Below are positions 18,059 to 26,194 of a stretch of DNA of 34,959 nucleotides, piece by piece (positions within the stretch are counted from its first letter, which is position 1; every line of letters starts with the position of its first letter). The stretch covers positions 1-34,959 of IMG/VR virus record IMGVR_UViG_3300008255_000082. One strand, written 5' to 3'. The notes under the pieces are model-generated. The model made no database searches. It had not been told where the DNA came from and saw only the letters and a list, made by a program, of their open reading frames with translations. The translations under genes were made by a program, and so were the position numbers. The stretch is from a virus. Its lineage: Duplodnaviria > Caudoviricetes.

Positions 18059-18097
18059 GAAGGTTTTATATAATGAAATGGTTACGATAATGTAATA
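18059..18097 (+). promoter_or_regulatory. Third, degenerate copy of the early promoter/operator
   Basis: TTTTATATA, then ggTTACgATAaTGTAATA (14/18 match), then a(a/t)tcggagga as in copy 1; T-tract upstream. Confidence 0.7.
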
Positions 18098-18115
18098 ATT
18101 CGGAGGAATAACAAC

Positions 18116-18568
18116 ATGGTAGATATAATAGGAATAGCAGAGAACGTGAGCGAAAGCACTAAGGGAGTGAAGATAAACGAGCAGTGGTATAGTGCCACAC
18201 CAGTATCAGCTAAATATGTTAAAAAGGAGTATGAAGGCAAACAGATTAAGATCAAACTCACTCCAGAAGGTAAAAGTTTTCAGTTTATAACATTAATAGA
18301 CCAACAAGCTTCCCCTGCTAAGGGAAACACACAAGCTCCTGTGCCAAATTACATGGCTAAGGATAATTATTGGGAAGGTAAGGAAAAACGTGAGGAAGTT
18401 AAGAATATTAAGGTGAGTCGTCATGGTGCACTTAACACCGCGATACAGTGTATAAAAGTGGCAACAGCAGGGAATTCCACTGATAAATTAACAGCTGACA
18501 TGGTGTTAGAAGGTGCAGAGCATTTAGCTGAGAGGATACTACAATTTATTAATAAAGGGGGGAGTTAG
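18116..18568 (+). CDS. Putative OB-fold ssDNA-binding protein
   Basis: Beta-rich N-domain (KGVKINEQWYS...GKQIKIKL), Pro/Gln linker, helical C-domain. Confidence 0.45.
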   Translation: MVDIIGIAENVSESTKGVKINEQWYSATPVSAKYVKKEYEGKQIKIKLTPEGKSFQFITLIDQQASPAKGNTQAPVPNYMAKDNYWEGKEKREEVKNIKVSRHGALNTAIQCIKVATAGNSTDKLTADMVLEGAEHLAERILQFINKGGS

Positions 18569-18771
18569 TGGGGTTGCAGAATTTAAGGCGTATTGAAAGT
18601 TTGATGGGCCAAGATAGCAGTGTGGCGTATAGCCCTGTTAAGATTCGTGATCTTCTTGGGATTAATTATTATACTGTGAAGGATGTATTAGAGTATCTGA
18701 TTTTTGTAGGGAGGGTTGTAAAGGTTGATTCAGGATCGAAACTAGGAACGTATAGATGGAGGTCCGGATGA
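18568..18771 (+). CDS. Winged-helix DNA-binding protein
   Basis: SPVKIRDLLGINYYTVKDVLEYL..VGRV plus wing. Confidence 0.7.
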   Translation: MGLQNLRRIESLMGQDSSVAYSPVKIRDLLGINYYTVKDVLEYLIFVGRVVKVDSGSKLGTYRWRSG

Positions 18772-19025
18772 TGATTAGGAAGTTTTTGGAAAAGTTGAAG
18801 GGTTGGTTTAGGATACCGTTGGGTAATTCCGAAATAAAAATAGAGCAGATACCAAGAAGATGGACACATGATGAAGTTAAGACGCTTAAACTTTTGCGGT
18901 TAAAAGGGTGGTCTGTATATAATATCGGGTTAACTTTAGATCGTTCTGTTTCGAGTGTTTCTGGAAAAATTAATAGAGTTCATAGAGCGAGGAAGAAAAG
19001 GTATGAGCGACCTGATAAAGCATAG
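18768..19025 (+). CDS. HTH protein (GcrA/Myb-like)
   Basis: RWTHDEVKTLK...GWSVYNIGLTLDRSVSSVSGKINR. Confidence 0.7.
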   Translation: MMIRKFLEKLKGWFRIPLGNSEIKIEQIPRRWTHDEVKTLKLLRLKGWSVYNIGLTLDRSVSSVSGKINRVHRARKKRYERPDKA

Positions 19026-19254
19026 AAGTAAGTATCACGAGGTTGTTCACGAATTTAGTGGTAAGGAACATTTTTACACGGTTAATAGTTCTAGTAATAC
19101 CATTTATCATGTTGCGTTTAAGGTATGTTGTACGTGTCGGTATCAGAGTGTTCAAGGTACACCCAATTCCAAGATTTGCAGTCACATATTAAGCGTCATT
19201 AATAAGATTTCAGATACGGGAGATGTGTCTTGGAGTAAAGAAGGTGAGATGTGA
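19003..19254 (+). CDS. SWIM zinc-finger protein
   Basis: CTC...CSHILSV. Confidence 0.75.
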   Translation: MSDLIKHRSKYHEVVHEFSGKEHFYTVNSSSNTIYHVAFKVCCTCRYQSVQGTPNSKICSHILSVINKISDTGDVSWSKEGEM

Positions 19255-19426
19255 TGCCTGTAGTAATGAAGGCGGTAAATCAGGATTATGTTATTATTGC
19301 TTTTGTGACAACATACACTTGGTGAATAAGTATGGAGAGAGATATGCGTTTGAAAAGGGCAGGGGAGACGGTTCGACTAGTTCGGTTAAGCAACAGAAGA
19401 ATAAACATAGTAAGGTTCGGGAATAA
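19223..19426 (+). CDS. Possible small Cys-rich protein
   Basis: CDAC...CYYC; overlaps both neighbours. Confidence 0.3.
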   Translation: MCLGVKKVRCDACSNEGGKSGLCYYCFCDNIHLVNKYGERYAFEKGRGDGSTSSVKQQKNKHSKVRE

Positions 19427-19655
19427 TGAGTCAAGTGATCATGCTAAAAAGAAACAGAAGATATGTAAAGTGTTAGAAGAGGAGGGACATTATTTTATGA
19501 CTGAGGCTATTTTTAAGGGTGGTGGTCGTGCTGATATTTTGGTTCTTGATGAGTTTAAAGTCATTGAGATTGTTAATTCAGAAACTTTGGAGAGTATTAT
19601 CCGGAAGAAGGGTTTGTATCCTTCCGGGTTGAAGATGGAGGTTGTACGAGTATGA
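19332..19655 (+). CDS. PD-(D/E)xK-family nuclease-like protein
   Basis: H...K..E...GRADILV...VIEIVNSE. Confidence 0.7.
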   Translation: MERDMRLKRAGETVRLVRLSNRRINIVRFGNNESSDHAKKKQKICKVLEEEGHYFMTEAIFKGGGRADILVLDEFKVIEIVNSETLESIIRKKGLYPSGLKMEVVRV

Positions 19656-19999
19656 ATTTTGCTAAGATGTGGTATTGTAAAGTCGTGGCTTTCTTTGCTC
19701 AGCGTAAGAGGTTGCGTGGTGAGGTTGAGCAGTTACTCGAGATGGTAGATGCTCAGCATAGACTTTTGGTTTCTCAATTTAAGAAGATGGATCAGGGAAG
19801 CGTGTACTTTTTTAAGGTTCCTTTAGATACTCCTCAGGATGTGATTAGGCGTGTGAAGGATGTTTTTGATTTGACTAAGGTTGGGTTGTTATATACTCCT
19901 CCAACGGTGATATTCTCTAGCGTTGAGTTAGAGAAATTGGATAAAAATAAAGTGCTTGAGATTCTTAAGAAGTTTGAGCAGGATGGTGATACGATATGA
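19652..19999 (+). CDS. Hypothetical protein
   Basis: ATGA-coupled ORF with GGAGG RBS. Confidence 0.65.
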   Translation: MNFAKMWYCKVVAFFAQRKRLRGEVEQLLEMVDAQHRLLVSQFKKMDQGSVYFFKVPLDTPQDVIRRVKDVFDLTKVGLLYTPPTVIFSSVELEKLDKNKVLEILKKFEQDGDTI

Positions 20000-20349
20000 G
20001 AAGTCCTTTTTTTTATAGGTTTGTCGCTAGGCAAACGTATATAGTCCAGTTAATGGAAGAGTTGAGTAGTGGTGGTAGGAATATGCCTTCTATGGTTAAG
20101 CGTATTAATGTGTCTTACGCACAGCTTCGTCAGGTGTTGCAGTCTGCGGAGGAGGAGGGCATAATTGAACGCAAGAAGGGATGTAGGGATTATGAGATGC
20201 GACTCACGCAGAAGGGGAAAGTTTTAGCCGAGTTGTGTGTGGGCATTAAGGAAGTGATTGAGAATTGGAATGGTGATGAGACGCTTACGGTTCTTAGGGG
20301 TTTAGATTTTGGACATGGTCGGTCTGTGGAGGTTGAAGATGGAAGGTGA
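19996..20349 (+). CDS. Winged-helix (MarR/ArsR-like) regulator
   Basis: NVSYAQLRQVL...EEEGII...LTQKG. Confidence 0.8.
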   Translation: MRSPFFYRFVARQTYIVQLMEELSSGGRNMPSMVKRINVSYAQLRQVLQSAEEEGIIERKKGCRDYEMRLTQKGKVLAELCVGIKEVIENWNGDETLTVLRGLDFGHGRSVEVEDGR

Positions 20350-20854
20350 AGGTAGTAAGGGTTTTGTTAGTACGGATTCTACTGTTGAGAGTCAGGTTGT
20401 TGAGATTAAGGATGGTAAGGTTGTTCTTACGGAGAAGCAGATGTTAGTGCATACTATGAGTCCTGAGCATTTTATTGGTCAGTATCGGTTGTTGCAGAAG
20501 ACTGAGCAGAATATTCTTGATGCGTTGAGTGATGAGGCTCGTGAGCGTATTGAGGCTGATTTGGAGAAGACTCGTGCTGAGTTGGAGCGTTTGCGTGGTG
20601 ATTATGAGCTGGTTGATGTGTATATTAAGGAGGATTATGATCGTAAGAAGTTGGATGGTTTGGTTGGTCGGTTGCGTGAGCAGTTGGTTAAGCCTTTGAG
20701 TGAGATTAAAGCCGAGTATCTTATGGATGTATGGGATAATCTTCGTAAGAATGAGCCTCGTGTGTTGGAGTTGTTGTCTGTTGAGGAGAAGGCTAAGTAT
20801 TTGAAGGTTCGTGTGAGGTGTTTGGGGTTGAGTCGTGGTTTGAAGAAGGGTTAG
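20339..20854 (+). CDS. Coiled-coil hypothetical protein
   Basis: GGAGG RBS; Glu/Lys/Leu-rich. Confidence 0.65.
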   Translation: MEGEGSKGFVSTDSTVESQVVEIKDGKVVLTEKQMLVHTMSPEHFIGQYRLLQKTEQNILDALSDEARERIEADLEKTRAELERLRGDYELVDVYIKEDYDRKKLDGLVGRLREQLVKPLSEIKAEYLMDVWDNLRKNEPRVLELLSVEEKAKYLKVRVRCLGLSRGLKKG

Positions 20855-20900
20855 TTTTTCGTAAGTTTTATATACTACCTTGTATTACAATATTGTAATA
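20843..20900 (+). promoter_or_regulatory. 58-bp promoter module, copy 2, probably driving a leaderless mRNA
   Basis: Identical to 16851..16908; the last base of the palindrome is the A of ATG 20900, about 26 nt after the TATA box. Confidence 0.85.
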
Positions 20901-21160
20901 TGGTGACGGACAACCAAAAGATAACCATTCCACTAAAAAACCTCAAAGATATGCAATTTGAACAAGTCAAAAAAAGACTTTTCAGAAAACGCATAACACA
21001 CAACACGGTATTATATCGCAACTATCAAGGAGTAAGTCCATACAGTTACGCGTTCCACCACGGTAAGAAGATTAACCCCGAAAGATTCACAGAACATCAC
21101 ACACTTAAAAAAGCGGAAGCATACATACGATCCAAGAGTACGTTACTCGCGTATATATGA
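20900..21160 (+). CDS. Basic hypothetical protein
   Basis: A/C-rich ORF directly after the promoter. Confidence 0.65.
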   Translation: MVTDNQKITIPLKNLKDMQFEQVKKRLFRKRITHNTVLYRNYQGVSPYSYAFHHGKKINPERFTEHHTLKKAEAYIRSKSTLLAYI

Positions 21161-21540
21161 GGATAAAAATGGTCCACGAAGAAAAAAGCATACTGTTCGA
21201 GGACAAAAAACAGTTTAGTATAGAAAGCGTCCAAGATAGTATTAATAGGAAACGTAGTGCTATAATTGAAGAAATGGCACGAGATAACGTCCCAGTATGG
21301 AAGAGAAGACTAGTCTACTGTTGTCGCTGGAAATGGTTTACAACATTATTAGGCGTTGTAGGTAGTAAGAATAAGGGTTACTGCGTTGTTATTGACCAGT
21401 TACCTTTATTTGAAGGTGATACCTTAAGGGAGAATATAGCTCTACGTAAGGATGGGAAAGTGATAGCACAGAGAGAGTTTCGCATAGGATATAAAATGAA
21501 AGTTTGTAAAAGTTCAGGAGAGAAGATAGATGGTTTTTAA
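21157..21540 (+). CDS. Hypothetical protein
   Basis: ATGA-coupled ORF. Confidence 0.6.
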   Translation: MRIKMVHEEKSILFEDKKQFSIESVQDSINRKRSAIIEEMARDNVPVWKRRLVYCCRWKWFTTLLGVVGSKNKGYCVVIDQLPLFEGDTLRENIALRKDGKVIAQREFRIGYKMKVCKSSGEKIDGF

Positions 21541-21682
21541 ACGAGGAGATCAGGGAGAAGGCTGTGAAGATTCGTATAGTATTGTATTTGGTGGGTTTCT
21601 CCTATGGGTGTGTATTTTATCATTGTTTTGGATGTTTAGCCTTGCTATGTATCAGGTTATACGGTACTTGACATGGTTGTGA
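21530..21682 (+). CDS. Small membrane protein (50 aa, missed by the ORF track)
   Basis: GGAG RBS; hydrophobic IVFGGFLLWVCILSLFWMFSLAMY. Confidence 0.45.
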   Translation: MVFKRGDQGEGCEDSYSIVFGGFLLWVCILSLFWMFSLAMYQVIRYLTWL

Positions 21683-21805
21683 TCGAAACTAAACGATTTG
21701 ACGAAGATAGGAAGCCAATAAAGGCGAAAGTGTCAAAAGGAGGTGTAGAAGTTGAAGAAGCAGAAAAATCCTGATGAGTGCCTTATATGGCTGGGTAGTG
21801 TTGAG

Positions 21806-22159
21806 ATGAGTGAGAAGCTTCAAGATCGTTATTCCAGAAGAGGAAGTGTTGATAAAAGGAGGTTTGCATTGGTCGATTGTGTAATTGTTTCCTGTTGTAT
21901 AATGTTATTAGCCCTTCTGAGTTTGTTATTGTATCTCCGTCCTTATTCGTCTATGGACAGTCCTGCAGTTGCATCACTTGTCTCCACGTCTGGAGATTCG
22001 CTGCAGGGCTTTTCTAATCATACTGTTGTGGTGTTTAGTAATGTTACGGTTAGTTCTGGTTCGATTCGTGCAGATCAGGAGATTCCGATTTTGCGTGAGA
22101 GTTGGAATAAGTTATTTGGAGAGGTTACAGCCAATATAAGTGGTGATTTACATGGTTAG
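21806..22159 (+). CDS. Single-TM protein
   Basis: KRR followed by a hydrophobic segment; C-terminal part has sequons NHT, NVT and NIS. Confidence 0.55.
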   Translation: MSEKLQDRYSRRGSVDKRRFALVDCVIVSCCIMLLALLSLLLYLRPYSSMDSPAVASLVSTSGDSLQGFSNHTVVVFSNVTVSSGSIRADQEIPILRESWNKLFGEVTANISGDLHG

Positions 22160-22739
22160 GTTTGAGTATCCTCTAAGGTGGTTGTATCAGCAACCGAGAA
22201 CGAAAAACCCAGATAGAGCAAGGTTTGGCAATCATTCTGTTTTCATGGCAGGAGGCTACCTTGTTGATGAGCTGGGACGATTAGGTGTTAAGAATTGTGT
22301 TATATCATCGAACCTTCAACAACGTGCGAGAGGTGATGGTTTTTATGCCAATCAAAGAGTAGATGATGCTGGAGTTGTTGTTTACTTTGATTTAAAAGGA
22401 AAAGGTAAGGCTATGGCTTGTGATAGATGGGATAAAGTAGAACACAATCTCCGGGCATTGTATCTTTCTGTTCAAGCTATTAGAGGTCTCGAACGGTGGG
22501 GTGGTAGTGAGTTTTTGGATGGTTTGTTTACTGGTTTTGAGGCGTTGCCCAGTTCTGAAGATTTTGCTATGTCGAGAAAGAATTACTTTAAAGGTATAAC
22601 GAACAAAGAAGAGTTAGCGACAACATACAGGAGGTTAGTGAAGTTGTTACATCCTGATATGCCTGGTGGTACGGCTAAAGAGTTTAATATTATGCAGGAA
22701 CAGTATGAGAAGATTAAGAGAAATATTGTCAGGGATTAA
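22152..22739 (+). CDS. Viral J-domain (DnaJ-like) protein
   Basis: C-terminal YRRLVKLLHPD; N-domain YPL.W, VISSN, ACDRWD, RWG and GF.ALP typical of the phage J-domain family. Confidence 0.9.
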   Translation: MVRFEYPLRWLYQQPRTKNPDRARFGNHSVFMAGGYLVDELGRLGVKNCVISSNLQQRARGDGFYANQRVDDAGVVVYFDLKGKGKAMACDRWDKVEHNLRALYLSVQAIRGLERWGGSEFLDGLFTGFEALPSSEDFAMSRKNYFKGITNKEELATTYRRLVKLLHPDMPGGTAKEFNIMQEQYEKIKRNIVRD

Positions 22740-22762
22740 ACGAACAAAAGAGGTGGTTAGTG

Positions 22763-22951
22763 ATGGTGAAGAATGTTTGTAACTCGTGTTGGGAGGTTGT
22801 TGACTTATGCGATGAGTGCGATGATGATTTGAGTGTCGGTGACGATTTGTTTTGCGATGAAGGTCATTGTCATTATTGTTCGAGGGATTGTTATATTGGG
22901 CACGTCATACCTAATGGTGTTGTTACCAAGGATGATGATGAGGAGGAGTGA
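22763..22951 (+). CDS. Acidic Cys-rich zinc-finger protein
   Basis: CNSC, CDEC, HYCSRDC; GAGGTG RBS. Confidence 0.65.
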   Translation: MVKNVCNSCWEVVDLCDECDDDLSVGDDLFCDEGHCHYCSRDCYIGHVIPNGVVTKDDDEEE

Positions 22952-23007
22952 AATGCGTAAACAATATTTCATCATAAACTTTTGGAATTGGGTTAGGGGG
23001 CGAAAAA

Positions 23008-23187
23008 ATGAGAGAACAAAAAGATATTGAAAGGTTGTACAATTTTGTTGGTGCATTCAATGAAGGTAGGTTTATGAATCAGGATTATCGTCGAGGAATA
23101 ATAGATGCACTCTCATATGTTTTGTATGGGGGGGAAGTTCTTGAAACGGTTTTGATTAAAGCATCCAACTTAAGCAAAAAAAAATGA
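23008..23187 (+). CDS. Hypothetical protein (59 aa, missed by the ORF track)
   Basis: GGGGG RBS; MREQKDIERLY...YRRGIIDALSYVL. Confidence 0.5.
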   Translation: MREQKDIERLYNFVGAFNEGRFMNQDYRRGIIDALSYVLYGGEVLETVLIKASNLSKKK

Positions 23188-23366
23188 AGAAAGTAGGTGA
23201 GTGCTGACCAATCCAACCAAATAACCTGCAATTGCAGTGGGTAGCTAACATTCATTAGCATTTTATGGGAGTCAGTTCACCGCGAATCAGATATGCAGAG
23301 AGAGATATATTTAAATATTGTTAAACGAAATTTGAGATGTTCAATTACATCAAGGAGATAAAACAA

Positions 23367-23510
23367 ATGACAAAAGTTAAAGAAATAAAAACGCAAAAAG
23401 CCATTAGACGAAGCAAAATAACTGTTAAAAGTTTAATCGCTAATGTAAGAAAAAAATTAAATATAATAAAATTAAGGTGCTACAATGAAAGAATACTCAA
23501 AATTACGTGA
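23367..23510 (+). CDS. Short basic ORF, possible truncated cassette gene
   Basis: AAGGAG RBS; 47 aa; reads through the core at 23456. Confidence 0.35.
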   Translation: MTKVKEIKTQKAIRRSKITVKSLIANVRKKLNIIKLRCYNERILKIT

Positions 23511-23537
23511 AAGGTTTATAGAAAAAGGTGTAGAATA

Positions 23538-23756
23538 ATGTCACTGGAAGATAAGGTAAAACATTGTAACCATAATACTGTTGAACATATTGGAACGCAA
23601 GAAGGCTTCGGCGATATTCCAAGTATCGAATTAGCCAATTGTATGAACTGTTATACAACCATCTCATTTTCAAGAGAAGCATATGAACCAAACAAAAACT
23701 ATAACAACAAACAAATATACACCAAAAAGAAATTAAATGAACAAAAGAGCACATAA
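23538..23756 (+). CDS. Small zinc-ribbon protein
   Basis: CNH...CMNC; C-terminus encoded by the 81-bp repeat. Confidence 0.55.
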   Translation: MSLEDKVKHCNHNTVEHIGTQEGFGDIPSIELANCMNCYTTISFSREAYEPNKNYNNKQIYTKKKLNEQKST

Positions 23757-23768
23757 TAGGTATTAAAC
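23688..23768 (+). repeat. 81-bp direct repeat, copy 1
   Basis: Identical to 25311..25391; ends in GGTATTAAAC. Confidence 0.95.
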
Positions 23769-23790
23769 GAAATTTGAATTTGAGGCTACA

Positions 23791-24033
23791 ATGAAAAAAG
23801 AATATTACCAATCTAAAGAATATGAGGTATTTGAAAGTAAAGAAATGATTTTAATATTTAGACGGACATTTTTTGGATTATATAAATGGATAAAAAGTTT
23901 CAACAAAGAATACTATAAATATGAAGAAGATGATAAAATGATTATAGTTGTTGAAACTAACGCCTCAAATTCAAACTCAAGCTCAGCTAAAGCTGAATCG
24001 TTTAATAAAGGTTATGAGGTAAATCAAAAATGA
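23791..24033 (+). CDS. Hypothetical cassette gene
   Basis: GAGG RBS after a core; its stop lies inside hairpin element A. Confidence 0.55.
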   Translation: MKKEYYQSKEYEVFESKEMILIFRRTFFGLYKWIKSFNKEYYKYEEDDKMIIVVETNASNSNSSSAKAESFNKGYEVNQK

Positions 24034-24083
24034 TTTACCCAAATGGCTACGCCACTTCTCATAACCTAAATATTAAATGCAAT
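23983..24083. other. Branched hairpin element A (attC-like)
   Basis: TAAA-loop hairpin, TCGTTTAATA, 10-bp outer stem, two inner hairpins, 3-nt bulge, TATTAAAT. Confidence 0.75.
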
Positions 24084-24100
24084 AAGATATGTGGCTCAAA

Positions 24101-24418
24101 ATGAAGATGATAATAAGAATGTGTGACCTTTTGGGATATGGCTCACAAGATGATGAGTATGATTTCCCAGTTAAAGGACATAATCTTAAAGATGAAGATG
24201 TCATAGTCTTTATCAATTCAGAATTGTATGAAGAAGGAGAAAATCTTGAAGTGAAAAAGATTATCAAAAAAGAAGAAGGTTGTTATAAGAGTTCACGCTT
24301 TTTTGAATATCAAGATGCTAAAGATGAAGGTTTCAAATCTTGGGTAAATTTTTTCCCGTTGAAAGACTATAAAAAAGGTCTTGGAAAATATACTAATTAT
24401 AAAGTCACACTTGAGTAG
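24101..24418 (+). CDS. Hypothetical protein
   Basis: Starts about 25 nt after the core at 24072. Confidence 0.6.
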   Translation: MKMIIRMCDLLGYGSQDDEYDFPVKGHNLKDEDVIVFINSELYEEGENLEVKKIIKKEEGCYKSSRFFEYQDAKDEGFKSWVNFFPLKDYKKGLGKYTNYKVTLE

Positions 24419-24435
24419 TTCACAAGGTTGCTAAG

Positions 24436-24669
24436 ATGACAATGCCAATGAAAATAATCACGGACAAGATTGATTGGGTTAGAGAATTTGAAGATTTATA
24501 TTATGCGTGGAATAAGAAGTCAGAGAAGCTCGGAAAACTTAAATATGAAAGAGTTGGGAGACATATGCACTGGTGTTGGTATCAGGAAGAAGATATACGG
24601 ATGTCTCCAGGATGTTTACAGATTGTCCGTGATATTCAAAAGAGGTTAAAATGCGCCGGAAGAAGTTAA
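24436..24669 (+). CDS. Hypothetical protein
   Basis: 77-aa Trp-rich ORF. Confidence 0.6.
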   Translation: MTMPMKIITDKIDWVREFEDLYYAWNKKSEKLGKLKYERVGRHMHWCWYQEEDIRMSPGCLQIVRDIQKRLKCAGRS

Positions 24670-24673
24670 TCAA

Positions 24674-25327
24674 ATGAATAAGATAAAAGTTTTAAACTTG
24701 TATGCTGGAATCGGAGGAAATAGAAAACTTTGGGAAAATGTGCAAGTTACGGCAATAGAAAACAATCCAGAAATAGCCGAAGTGTATAAAAAATTATTTC
24801 CTCAAGATGAGGTTATAGTTGCAGATGCTCACAAATACCTTTTAGAACATTACAAAGACTTCGATTTTATTTGGAGTAGTCCCCCATGTCAAAGTCATTC
24901 TAGGTGCAATCATTTTTTAAAAGGACAAGGAATTGTTCGCTATCCAGATATGAAATTATATGAGGAAATAATTTTCCTTCAAACTCATGCAAAGTGCCTC
25001 TGGGTAGTTGAAAATGTTAAACCTTATTATGAACCCTTAATTGTGCCTCAAAAATGCGGTAGGCATTGCTTTTGGTCAAACTTTAATATCACACCCAAAG
25101 ATTTTGATTATCAAATCGGCACAATGAATAGAAAAGCAAATAAACATTCTCAAAGAAAAGCAATTATTAGAGAGGCACAGATACCTGAACTTATTGATTT
25201 ACATGGTTTAAATAATTTAGATATTCGGCTAAAGAATAAAAGACAAGTTCTCCGTAATTGTGTATTGCCTCAATTAGGTTTGCACATTTTCCAAGAAGCA
25301 TACAGAGAACCCAAACAAAAACTATAA
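24674..25327 (+). CDS. Short DNA (cytosine-5)-methyltransferase
   Basis: Motif I LNLYAGIGG, motif IV SSPPCQSHS, motif VI VVENV, motif X-like RQVLRNCV. Confidence 0.9.
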   Translation: MNKIKVLNLYAGIGGNRKLWENVQVTAIENNPEIAEVYKKLFPQDEVIVADAHKYLLEHYKDFDFIWSSPPCQSHSRCNHFLKGQGIVRYPDMKLYEEIIFLQTHAKCLWVVENVKPYYEPLIVPQKCGRHCFWSNFNITPKDFDYQIGTMNRKANKHSQRKAIIREAQIPELIDLHGLNNLDIRLKNKRQVLRNCVLPQLGLHIFQEAYREPKQKL

Positions 25328-25391
25328 CAACAAACAAATATACACCAAAAAGAAATTAAATGAACAAAAGAGCACATAATAGGTATTAAAC
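25311..25391 (+). repeat. 81-bp direct repeat, copy 2
   Basis: Identical to 23688..23768. Confidence 0.95.
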
Positions 25392-25435
25392 TCAATAAAG
25401 TCATCCACCTCTAAGCGTGGTTCAACATAATTAAA

Positions 25436-26194
25436 ATGGAAATACAACACAACCAAATATATAATGAAGATTGCTTACAATTTATGAAGCAACTGCCTGA
25501 CAAATACATTGACTTAATCATAACTGACCCTCCTTATGGAATACAAATGACTTCAGACGGCTTCGGCGGTTCAAAGAACGCAGATAAAACTGAATATATC
25601 AAAGTTGAAAATTGGGATAAAGAGACGCCATCTGAAGAAGTTTTTAAAGAAATGTTGAGAGTCAGCAAAAATCAAATTATCTTTGGAGGGAATTATTTTA
25701 CTGATAAGTTGCCTACGAGTTTGTGTTGGGTTTGTTGGGATAAAAGATGTGGTGTTACTCCTGAACGAACTTATGCAGATTGTGAATTAATTTGGACAAG
25801 TTTTAATCAATCTGCAAGAATGATAAGATTTGTTTGGGATGGGTTCATTCAGGACACCAAAAATAAGATTAAAGACAAGAGATACCACCCAACACAAAAA
25901 CCAGTAGAAGTTTTAAGGCAACTTATCAAAAGATTTGCCAAAGAAGGGGATTTGATTTTTGACCCATTCGCAGGTTCAGGCAGTTTTTTAGTTGGGTGTA
26001 AGCAATTAGGATTTAAGTTTGTTGGTTGTGAAATCAATAAAGATTATGTTGAAATAGCAAATAAAAGACTGGCTCAACAATCGGTGGCTGATTTTACTCA
26101 ACCTAAAGGTTGCCCTAAAGGGTCGTTTAATAGCGATTTAAAGGAAGTTTCTGACGAAACTTCCAATATTGTTGCTACGCAACAACATCTTTAA
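25436..26194 (+). CDS. Beta-class N6-adenine/N4-cytosine DNA methyltransferase
   Basis: DPPY, HPTQKP, FDPFAGSGS. Confidence 0.93.
   Translation: MEIQHNQIYNEDCLQFMKQLPDKYIDLIITDPPYGIQMTSDGFGGSKNADKTEYIKVENWDKETPSEEVFKEMLRVSKNQIIFGGNYFTDKLPTSLCWVCWDKRCGVTPERTYADCELIWTSFNQSARMIRFVWDGFIQDTKNKIKDKRYHPTQKPVEVLRQLIKRFAKEGDLIFDPFAGSGSFLVGCKQLGFKFVGCEINKDYVEIANKRLAQQSVADFTQPKGCPKGSFNSDLKEVSDETSNIVATQQHL

Noticed and set aside
23983-24083. tRNA gene (also considered for 26099..26215)
   Set aside because: No T-loop TTCRA, D-loop GG, 7-nt anticodon loop or acceptor-stem geometry.
23688-25391. CRISPR array or IS ends
   Set aside because: Only two direct copies 1.6 kb apart; no regular spacers, inverted ends or transposase.
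24674-26194. Complete restriction-modification system
   Set aside because: No adjacent recognisable restriction endonuclease; the methyltransferases look orphan.
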